Shown: positions 13,023 to 25,200 of the stretch, piece by piece | Numbering within the stretch: the stretch's first letter is position 1 | Layout: each line of letters starts with the position of its first letter | The notes under the pieces: model-generated | Seen by the model: the letters and a program-made list of their open reading frames with translations, nothing else | Database searches by the model: none | Told to the model about the DNA's origin: nothing | Source of the DNA: Tubulanus polymorphus | Lineage: Eukaryota > Animalia > Nemertea | Direction of reading: 5' to 3' | Length of the DNA: 64,000 bases | Assembly: GCF_964204645.1 (NCBI RefSeq) | Contig: NC_134026.1 | Span: 23,098,150 to 23,162,149, forward strand | Position numbers and translations under genes: made by a program

Positions 13023-13212
13023 ATGCAACTGCAGCATCCGCGTCATCAGTACAGCAGTACAGACGCCTTTCGTTTCGGAGAGACCATGGATTATAAAATG
13101 TACGACCCGGTTTACGAATATAAGCAACTTCATGTCGACCTTAGGGAGTTACAGATGCCCCTATGCATCTTACAGCTTGATCCAGCTGATAGAGCAGTAC
13201 TGAGAATTGCTG
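13023..13212 (+). CDS. MACF1: Spectraplakin alternative first exon A (ends [12 protein letters not shown])
   Basis: Conserved plakin N-terminal motif DPA(D/E)RAV(L/I)RIA; phase-1 donor G|GTAAGT. Confidence 0.9.
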
Positions 13213-16200
13213 GTAAGTTTTCAATACTTAGTCTGGGGCCAGCTGTCAAATAGTGGCAGCTGATAAAAAGGGTTGGGCAATAAATCGTGATGACACTGTC
13301 ATAGATTTAATGGTTTTCTGAGCCGATTGTTTGATTACAATGCCATCTACATCATCATCAAACCCATATGACGTCCTATAGTGTAGCATGTATTACAAAT
13401 ACCTGCCTTAATGAATGGATTGATTCCCATATAGAATCACTATGTTACTCATGCTTTCATGGGTGGAGGCTTAGAGTCTCGTCAGATTTGTGATGACTGT
13501 ATGCTCTTACACATAGGAATACTCGAATCCTGACGCGCTACATCCATCATAGTCTCACATTGATAGGAAAAGGGACGTTTTTTACGTAGCGAATAATCGG
13601 AATATCAAATGAGCCGATGTCTGCACACATTTTCCAATGATGTCACTATTTTTGTAAGGTCAAGGTCTCGGGAGTGAGGATGAGGCTGTAAACACTGAAG
13701 ACACGTGTATGTCCGTTCTATATTTGACGGAATGATTCACCTGTACTGATACGAATCGCATTTTAAAACATCTTGCATTTTCGTCCAAGGGAATTGCATT
13801 GACGAGAGCATTACTAGTAAGATATACAGCGGCTGTCTACATTGTGCATATGGAATAACGATTCTCTTTTAAGACGAACCATTGAAACGATTTGCATTAA
13901 AAAGTGACCATTTCAGGTTCGGAAAGTTTTCTATTCAGTTTGCGGTCCTGTTTTCGTATTGTTGGCAACAATTTGAATGGTACTGCCAGTCATATGTCTG
14001 TGACATTTCAGGTCCTGTTCACCCTTCAGTGATTATTCCATATTTAGGAAGCCGAACCGGTTTGATTGTTTGTTGTTATTAATATATACTTAAATACCGG
14101 ATTTTGTTTCACCGTGTATGATCTCGTGCTTAATAATATTTCTTTCGTCAGTCGAGTTGGAAATTGTCGTAACTACGAGCCGTTAGTTTAGGGCACCTCC
14201 TCGAACTTGTGAATATTACATTCGAATGTTCACATCGACATCAACGCGAACATCGGATATCGCAGAAACGTTAATTTGTTGGCGGAATTTTGAGAGATAG
14301 GTACTGTGTAGTTGAGGTAGGGATGACAATTTTCCAGCGACCTCGGTATCCTAATCGTATACTTCTGAAGTCGTTAGAACGCGCAGTACAGTGTCTTGGA
14401 CATATTCCAAAGTAGGAAAACGCGTCTGTGGATCTCACTTTCACCCAAAAAGACAAATATTGAGTTTACAGAACGTATTCACACACGTAGTAAGGTTATA
14501 GTATAATAATCATTGCGAAATCCTGATAGATGGAACGCTAGGACGATGGAATTGTATGTAGATCCTCCGCTGGAAGACTTAGATCAAAATCCGTTCTCAT
14601 TTTATGAACAAAACCGTCGCAGAGATACTGGTAAGTATGAGTCATTTGGTTACATGTCAAAGGTTGTGACACTTCCAGTATATTAAGTATATGGCGAGGT
14701 GAAATATACAGTATTTTCGAGTGGCTTCAGGTTTGATATGGAAATCACAATTAGGCTTCAGTGCAATATCTGGTTGCCTGATAAATCATCACAAATGACA
14801 CACTTGTCTTCAATGTGGGTCAGATTAGTGATCGATACGATTAGTACTACTATTATTAGTACACTAATATGATAGTCAGACTGAGATTGTACCAATTGAT
14901 GATTGTGGTTGATATTTTCAGATTCATTTTCACATTCTTAAAGAATATGCCTATATATCATGAAGTTCGTCTACAAAATGCAAAAACCTTACATTTCAGA
15001 CCTTGTCTTCTGTTTCAAACCACCACTTCGAGGTCCACACTGTTTGGTGTCCATGATTCTATTGAAGCATGAGTGGTTCCACTGTGCTATGCTCTATACT
15101 ATGAAGTACAGTGGTCTTTTCTCATTGTATTTCTCTTTTGTCACTTGTTGACTAATTCTACTGATACTCAATTATATGGCTTTCATGTTTATATATAATA
15201 ATTTTATAGTTTTGAAATGAAGTCAGTTCACTGGATTTAACAAGCAATGATTGCTTATAATGTACTTTATCTAAGACTATGTTTGTTTGTGCTTAGCGAC
15301 TTCTTGGCATTAGCGAATTATAAGTTGAATTTAGAAATAGTGGCCAATACAATTCTGATCAAGCTTTTAAGGGGAATGTCCAAGACCACTCTCCATCAAT
15401 AAAGGATAACTGCAAGACATTATCCTATTCAACTCAGAAACAATCACCTTCAATGCCTTCAAGTAATTGGTATTTGATTTTAGATTGAAGCCTGACAATT
15501 TTGAAATATTTGCCACTAATGTCCAAATGTCCAAATTGAACACAAAGCATTTTGAATACAATGCCAAATACAAAACGTCATTTGATTACATAATGGCAAC
15601 TTAAAAGGTCTTTCTGGTAGAGACTCCAGCAGCATTAAATATGTGAAGTGTTCACATGGTTGAATGATTCAAGACTTATCAAAACCGGGCTAAGTAAGCA
15701 TGGAAAGTGATTCTGCACCGAAAACCTGACCCAAGTATGTTACTAAAGTGGCTGATTTTTGAAGCATGGATGCAGATTTGGCGTTTAACAAGTAGTACAT
15801 TATATTTGACATTCGCTATCATCAGGATAAAAGTGTTTCACACATGTTTTGCAAGGAAATGAAGTACAGTTTTAATGTACGATTCAAACTATCCTTTGAA
15901 ATGGCAGGATATCAGATTAAGCATGAATTGAAAATACAAGAAAACGAAGATAGCATGCAAACTCCACACATTGGCCAGACATCAGCATACCGAATGACTA
16001 ACTAAAGCTTAATAGAAGCGCTGAATTACAAGTGACAACTTGCTCTGTAAGCGCAGCATTCTGGTAAATTCGATACCACATAAGCTCAGTACTTCCTGAG
16101 CCCAGAACAACTAAACTTTGTTGAATCTGGTATAGATTTATCAATGAAGCACTTATTACCTTGAAAGACTGTTAATCTGTCTGAAATGTATGACTTAATA

Positions 16201-19200
16201 GAAGCGCTGTAAGAACAGACCTGCATTTGACACCATCTGTCCATTTATTTACTGATCATAGACATGTCTATGCAGTTATTAATTGCTATAGCTTTGGGCA
16301 TTAACCCTTTCACTTCTAGACCCTCTAGTTGACACATTATCAGACAAATCCAATATGTTTATATCTTGTGGTTTAGAAACATAAACCCAGTACGAACTAG
16401 GTTGTCATATTATACCAATTTAGCCTCTATAGCGCATTTGTTCTGTTATCTATAATTCATCTCCCATCAACTGGTAAGAAAGGGGCAAACTGTGGGTAAA
16501 GCAAAGTATAAATCTTAAGGATATGTGTTAGGGGATGAAACTCTACTTTATTGTTATTCACTATTAAGAACCATGACTACTGCATTTTGGGAAGAAAATT
16601 CATCGATACAAGATTACGGCAGTCACTAATATGGACAGGGTGAATGAAATGCCTTTTAGGAGATAATTGTGATAATATTGAATGCTGTATTTGTTTATTT
16701 GTTTGTAGATGAAAGAGATGCTGTCCAAAAGAAAACCTTTACCAAATGGGTGAACAAACATTTAAAGAAGGTGAGTTTGCTTAACAGTCTGCATTCGTTC
16801 TTTGGACATGGAAAATGGTATTTAGCTAGGTTTTTGTATCACCTTGAAGACATTCTATTGTTAGATCATCTCAACCTGTCAACTATTGAATATTGAATAT
16901 GTAGGAGAGTGGTAACTGGTAAAAATCCCCCCCCCCGATAAATATGCCCCTGGTAAAATCCCCCCATATTCTCGATACTATCAAACTAGAGTATAAAAAC
17001 TAGATTTAAAAGAATATTAGGAATACATAAGTACATAGATATTTGCTTCACTTTTAAAATAAAGGCCGATTTATCTTTTTTAAAGAAGTGACCGCTAGGA
17101 ATGGTCAATTTCTATAAAGACCAGGGGGATTTTTACTGAGGGAATTTTTACCTGGGGGGATTTTTACCTTGCGAGATTTTTACCGGGGGGGATTTTTACC
17201 TTTATTCTAGGAAAGTATATCTAGCTGAATACTGTTTACGAATTAATCCTGTCTTTGCTATTCTCTCTTTCTTGCCCGTCATGTAATAAAGATTTACATA
17301 CGCAATAAAAAGAAAACCTGACTTCTATAGTCACGAGGAATTGTTGAATTTGAAAACTAGCATTCTTAGAAACTAACCAATGACTTGTGCAAACATGAAA
17401 ATCAGACCTTTCAAATAGAAATTGAATTTCTCGTACAAAATATCTCATCGAATTCAAAATTGAAATCCATTTATCATTATCTAAATTACATCGCCGTGTG
17501 GTTTTTATTCACGTTGCAATTTGAGCGCTGAACATAAAATCTTTCAGTAGAATGGCGTCTCCGTAGTTCTGTCACAGTCAAAGAAAAGAATGTTTGGCTA
17601 TACATTCAAATCATTAATACATGTCGTGAAGATATATATTCTCATTCACGCATTTACATTTCGGGATGAGGTCCCGTTTCTTTGTTTCCTGAAAGGAGAC
17701 ATTGTCCATAGAATATCCAGGGTTTTCGTTCTTCGTGCTGATATTGTGCTGATATTTTGCGCGGTAAGAAAGAAACAAACAAGACCAGTTCTGTTGTATA
17801 AGGTAGTCTAAATTTGATTCTCGAATGAGTCGGTTCAATGATAAAAAAGGTCAGACAAGAATTTGTCCATTTAAAGTTTTTAACCCTTATATTTCTGTAC
17901 TTCTTTTTCTCTCGTCGTTGTATATAAATACATGTATACCTGTTTTGATATAAGTCCTACATATATACATATGATTTGGGCTTTATTACCAACTTACTTC
18001 GCTTTCACATTTGAATTTCCCGATACTGAATAGGTACATAGTTATATCGAAAAATGTATCGATGAAATAGGATGGATGATGAATAAGTAATTGCTGATCA
18101 ATACGTTTCTAATTACTGGATTAAGTGTTTGTTTTTTGATCAAGTATTTTAACCCCTCTCCCCTTTCGTACTGTATGAAAATATTTTAATGGTAGATCTA
18201 TGATTCCAATACCCCTGTATGACCACAGACGTCTAGTTTATACGGCCATGGTGTGGCTGCATAGAAAGTCTCTGATCGAACTCCTATTTGCTGTTTGTAT
18301 TGGATAGATTACCATTAGTTTTGACTCTTCATCTGATATCCCCAATGATGTCATCGTATTGACATTGATCTATCTTCATTTTTCGAGCGGAAGAGCTTCA
18401 GCTTCGATGCTGCATACATGTTCAACTCACTGAGATAACAGGCCCATTAAGTTTCTCAGTCATCAGATTTATGAGCGTCTCATGCTGATGATGACTGAGG
18501 GTGAAAGTCACTCGATGGTACTTCTTATGTCTGCCAGACTGACCCCAGAAATGGAGAATAAGCACTTTCTCAGTTTTCATTCTTTAGAATCAATTTGTGT
18601 ATACATTTATGTGGAACTCTTCAATATTCTTAAAAATCCAGTTAAAAGTCGGTTGCTGCTCAAATTCAACAAAAGAAATTCTGGTTAACTCTAAAATGAC
18701 CTTGAGGTTTTATCACCTGAAGGAGTGTTTCTTTAAGAGCCACACACAGCATATTTCTGCAGGTGTATAATCATCTATTCTAGCTTCACCTGTGCATCTG
18801 AGTGGCTGAACCCACATATATCGCATTAGGCTTTGTTAGAAAAATCTGAAAGATCTTTTGGAATCCTAGTTAATATTAGTTTTGAAGTGGATGAATGACT
18901 CATGAATTGGGGGTAATGAAAGATATCATTATCTTACTTTCACTTTCGATATTTTTTCCTTTGACGCACTTCTGTTACCCCTAGGTGCTGTTCGAAACCG
19001 TCTCGGAATGTTAGACATTCAACCTGTATACAGATCATGAATACCGAAACAAAAAATCTTAAAACTTGTTGACATTTCTACAAAATGATATCAACATTTT
19101 TCGCCTATGACTCATTTTGAATAAGAGCTTGTTTATTCTAGTTATTTCGTAATTTTCTACGTTTTGAATCTCAATTTTCACCATTTTTGAGTATTTCACA

Positions 19201-22200
19201 GTAATTCAGTTACGAAGCAATATGTATGCTGTGTATTCCCAAAATACGCTACAATCGATATACATCGGTCAGCCACGTAATGTCTCTGTGGTAATGCAGT
19301 ATAATCATTTTTTGCATTTATCGGACTATAATGTTTAGCTGTAAGGAAAGGGGAGCTCGATGCGTTCATGTGTATAGAATACAGCCATGTTTTATCAAAC
19401 CAATCATTTCTGCATCAGATACAATGTATCCCTCATTTGATTTCTTATCCACCCATGATATCGATGGAATTTTGGTTAGTATTTGCTGCGGCGTTGATAA
19501 GGAATCTCGGGGTCTTGTATAACCATTGAGGAATCTGTAAAGGATTGAAATCATTTGGAGCCATCTTTCTGGGTTAATCCATAACTGAACTCCTGGTAAC
19601 GTTTCATGAAAGCTAACCAACGGGCCCTTCCTTGACTTTTAAAACAACCCGAACATGACTTTAATGCCATTTGGAAATTTGATATTGGTCTCAATTCTTT
19701 TATAGAATGCACTGACTTATTGTGACTCTTGATATATTTCCTGATTTAACTACTCAGGGTTATGATTTATAGGCATAAACAAACAAATTCACTTACATGA
19801 AATTCTTTTTAGCTGAATAGAACTACATATATATTTTGTCGGGTTGATGGTGCCTTTTCATATTGCCGTAAATGGTTACTATAGTCGACAGCTGTGATCC
19901 ACAATTTAAATGGAAATCTTTGAGCTTAATATTTAGGGACCAGTTTCAATGTAACCTGATTGACAATGAGTATAGAATGTTGATTTTATTGAAAAAGATG
20001 GTTTTTGCTGCTGTATATACCCCTACATATAGTACCTGACTATTTTTCAACCCAGTTTATTACCTAATTATGTAAGCTATAAGTATCGAGGTAAATATTT
20101 GTTCAAGCAATACATTTTGAAGTCCCTGAGTGTTTTGAGTAATAGCTAAGACTGTTAAAGTACTGAAAACACAACCAGTAGCTCATGACCTGTAAGCACC
20201 TAAAACTTAAATCCTTACGTCAAGCGATTAGCTTTGATATTTCAATATTTATCTCGATATCTTCTATGCATATTTGGCGAATTTGTTTTCATGAGTTGGT
20301 GACCGCACAATAAAATGTGTTCAAATGTGTGATATACAAAGCACGCTGGAAGCTTATGTGCACAGTCACAGATGACACACAATATGCACTACTGAAATAT
20401 AAACAGCTGTTCCTTATATGTAGATTTACTATGCCTGGATCACGAAGCCCCTCCCCGGCCCTCCCACATATAGATATAGTACTGTGAGGGGCGGGGTCGA
20501 ACCCAACCGGACCCAAACATGTATAAAATGTCTAAAATGTCGAATCGTAAATCACATGCTATTTATAATTAAAGATCGGTATCACAAAAGAAATCTCAAT
20601 GTGGTTTTCAACGCAATTTGTTAAGATTGATAGAGGCTTTGAAAAACAAGTCTGTGCCATATTGAGAATAGCATTGTCAATTGAACTGTAGGATATATTT
20701 TATTTCGTTTAGACGATTGAAGAGTTTCTTTTGTCGAATAATGATATTTATTCTGAAAGGCCTTTTCAATATCAGTACAAAGTTCTATTATGAAAATAGC
20801 CTACTTGAAATAACAATCTAGGGGATTTTCTGTCCTGACATGCGTTGGGAATAATCAGTTTTTGTCAAGCTACGTGCATGATTGATTATTATGTTAGATT
20901 TTAAAAAGCTGGACTTTTTGGTGACTCATTTAGATAATTTAAACATTTGGGGCCAGTAATTCTTAGGTTCTTAAACTTGTTGCGGTATTATATCCTTATG
21001 AAGGTGTGGGCACTGCAAAATGAAAGAATGGAACTGATCCCAACCAGCTTACCAACTCGGCCAGTCCATCAAAGCCAAAGAAAATTATCACGCAATAACC
21101 TCTAGAATAAATTCCAACTAATGTCATTATTCAATACGGATTGTTGGCTAGACATCAATAAATTGACATTTATGACTTGGCAACAGGTAAGTCTCCTCTG
21201 ACTCCACACACAACCTGGTTTATCAGATATCGCAGCGTATGATGTATCAGCTGTACGATTTGAGTTATAAAGTATACGTTACACCTTATTCTATTCCAAA
21301 TCAAATCATGATGTTTGGTGAACTACTGATACTTAGCCGGCATGCAAATACTCGACTTTTTAGAAGTTACGACGCTCTGTTGTTATAACAACCATTGAAC
21401 TATTTATCCAGGTTTACTGCCTTTTTGAAGCCACTATATTTCATTAGATTTGATCGATTTAAATGGACTGAGGTCTCTATATACGGTGCAGGGTTTAAAC
21501 ATATGGTGTCCGCCCGTGCGGCTCATTCAATGAAATGTGATAAGTTCACAGTACTGAAAACTACAATTAAACATCTGAGTACACTCCATTGAAGCTGAGT
21601 AGAATGTATATAATATAATATTGAGAAATAAATACTTTCTTTTCAAATGCAATATGAATGTTAATTTGACTCCTTTTATGGTATAATCAGGTCGGGTAAA
21701 ATAATCACGTCGTCCTCATAAAACTATAACTACAAATTATAACACATCATATGACATTATGTAATGACCCTTGTTGGATAATTACCTAGTCCAGACAATT
21801 ACTGTGTTTAATTTATTAAGTAGCGTTTTAACTGTATATTATACATTATATATTCATATAGTGATCAGCTAAGTTCTTAGTACATGGTATTTGGCATATT
21901 TGACTATTTGACTGGCAAACTGCTACATTAGACCTATGTATCCACCACATCTGAGTGTGACGTTTTGGTTCCAGTCCGGTGGACATATGTGTGCTGTATA
22001 ATATATATGATACATTTTGCCTGATTCCCAGTAATATATTCACCAATAGATTTGTGAACAGGTGTGAACTGATATTTAGAAGGGACATATGTGCCGATAC
22101 AGAGTATGGAAAACACTATTTACCTGACATATTTCATTTCACTGATGAAATGTTTTTTTGCCATAAGAACATAATTTTGTTTCAACTCCCGATATATGAA

Positions 22201-25200
22201 AAAGATATTGCAATTATTGGAATGATGTTTCGAGAATCATGTGGTATATACTCGGAACACAGGTACCAGATTAACCCTAATCATGACTTGAGGATATGAC
22301 AATTTTGTCCAGTTGTTTGGCCACAATGATACTCATATCTAAAGTTCTTGATTGGAAGCAAGGGTTAATCAATACTGAGTTTAATGATTGTCATTTAATC
22401 ATAAAATGATTTTGCAACTGAAGATCTAGTCCGGTCTGAACCAGTTAAAACTTACACACCATATTTCTAAGAATATAGAAAAGTCTGTATTCAAGCATAT
22501 CGTTCAGAGAGAAGTGAAAATGTCAAAGTTGAGGTCATCTTCAGGGCCCCCTCTGAGTTCCCATGTCTAGCTTAAGTAGCTGGTATATAGAAAAAGGACA
22601 AATGATTTCAAAGGGTCTTCAATTTGTCATGCACTAATTTTATGAATGAAATGATGTTTCGGCCAACTAATGTAGTTCATGGTCTTTGTCCATAATTAGT
22701 TAAAATATTTGCCTGAGCAGGTGAACAGAGAAGTCTTCAGAGTGTGGTACATGATTACCTTTACATTCAGCTGAGTTCATTCCACGTAAAAGTAGGGCTC
22801 CTTGTCCTAATTGTGGTTAGTCCTCGTCATTCAATTTGAAGTAATTTTTTGGAATTGAATTGGTCGCATAAAACGTATATTCATGATAATTCATTGCTCT
22901 ATTATAGGGGAACTTCTGGGGTCATGTCAATTGTAATCTATACAGTTGGTATTATTTTTGGTTTTCAAATGGCTGCTCTTCGGTTTATTTCCAAAGTCTT
23001 GGATGGAAGTTATGCGTCAGAAAAGTTTTTTCATTCTGGTATCTCTAAGCAGGTACTAGCAGAATTAAGGATCAATATCTAGTGATTGATGATATAAGCT
23101 TCGTTGGGATTGGTTTGTGGATATGTATCTCAAAGCCAACCGATCAAACCAACCAGTGATGCGTGCCATGGCACATACTTTGCCAGACGTAATAAATTAC
23201 TTGCCCTGTATATACACCATGTAGAGGGTAATATAATTATAGCTAATGATGACATAATTTGTTTTAATCACAGACACAAAAATTCTGATAAATTGTTTTG
23301 GATTCCGTCTCTTACTTCCCCGCTCTATATGCACTAATAGAAACAGGATTCTCCCCAAAAATGCGAGGATGCCATCATTGCTATCATCACAATGTCGAGG
23401 ATGCAACATAATAACATATTGGTTTGAATTTATCCCGAAACTTTAAGGCATTTTCCAAGAATGTGTTCTTTTCATGTCATTTATGATATGCTGCTCTTAA
23501 TATTCGGCTAAGAGATATCAAAATCTTTATAAGAAGTTAAATATTTATGGTTAGATATAGAGCATTATGGGTGCATCGTATTCATGTATGCAGGAACTGA
23601 ACCACAAGTTCTATAGCTACTACATGAAGTAATGTTTTCAACACTGCTCGGCATATAATATTTATTGGACATTTGTAATGTTTTTATTGTTTGTGCAAGT
23701 TTTATGACATCTAATGATCTATAACACGTGCGATGGGGTTTGTCACACTGAATGGTATAGCGTCACAAATGATTACCACAATCTTAATAATGCATTACAT
23801 GAATTATTGAACCGGGTTTCTTGAAGAAAATTATCTAATTGACTCTTATGCGAATGATAATGATTTTATTTCTATTATGCAGCATTGGATTTATCAAAGG
23901 GTTTGTAAAAATGCACTTTATCCACCACCCTTCTTTCCCTTTCCCTTTACATGTCCTAACTGCATGCCTTCCGTTTGAAACCATTGGCATTCATTACTTG
24001 TTATTTAGCATATGACCTTTCAATATTATCAAATGATTTCCATTTAATCATTAAATACCCTTTTCTTGGACTTTGATTTTGAGTGCGTGTCTCTATTTTA
24101 CAGCGTTATGACATTGATTTTCTTTATGAACATCCACTCGATATGATGTATATATTGATATTGTATTCCTTTCATCAGATGCATAAAATACTGATGATTA
24201 TTAACAGATGCTTTTTGGTTGATTTTTGGATATTTTTCAGTGTTTTATTTTTTTTGCATGAGTGTCCTTCACCCTTGTTGAAATGAATGTTATCAATATC
24301 TGATTGTTAATATCTTCAAATTTCCTTTAATGATCAAATCAACATGATAAGTATTTAGGCTACCTGTTATTGTGCTGAATCATTTAGGTTATAAATTTAC
24401 GAAACATCTGACATATTCATGAAGAAAAAAGTATAGAATGATGAATTTATGAAACTGAAAATGATCAATCCTACATTAATTCTGGTTTTGGAAATTGAAA
24501 CTGTGATTCTGGGATCCCATGCTTTTCACCAGCTTTTCATAATGGAGATTCCAAAATACATTTTTATATCAGAATATATGTTTGCATGATAGTTGTCAAG
24601 CTGTTGCTTCATGATTCTGAAATTTATCAGTGTAATTTTTGTGTTCGACATATAATATAGTCAGGGATTTTGTTATGCAATGAATGTTAATAGATATCTA
24701 GGGACCAGATTAAATTGTCTCATGGTTGCTTGCCGGTTTGTTCGTAGTTCATGTTTATATCGTATGGTGGCAGCAGTTTCTATGTCATCCCGTTTAACCT
24801 TGTCTTTAGAGGACTGATTAAGTGTAATTATCAAACGTGGTTTGAAGTATTGGGTCACTGTATAAAAAAGCCTAGTCCTCTTTTGATGTTATGTAGTAAA
24901 TAATCGGCCCAATTTATTTTGGTGTAAACCTACTGAAATATTTTCCAAGAATAGAAAGCCAGGGAAATTCATCATAATGCATGTGAATGATACAATATGT
25001 AATTCTTTTGGTCTTTCCTTTTCTACTGATGATTCTTAATGAAGAAATTAATTTCGAGACATGTTTTTATATGAAATATTTCTGTGATCAAGCACATGGA
25101 ATCAAAAGTTATCTACATGTATGCTGGTATTATGTTTTCTAGGTGAAACTTGAAATCAAAGAGCTATATGAAGATTTACGTGATGGCAACGGTCTTTTGT

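Noticed and set aside
16008-16209. 16-bp direct repeat cttaatagaagcgctg 186 nt apart (also small tandem duplications near 8860 and 25770)
   Set aside because: No element structure between the copies; likely ordinary local duplication.
20488-20512. tRNA gene suggested by a B-box-like GGTTCGACC on the minus strand (similar motif near 41990-42005)
   Set aside because: No cloverleaf or A-box could be built; at most a SINE fragment.
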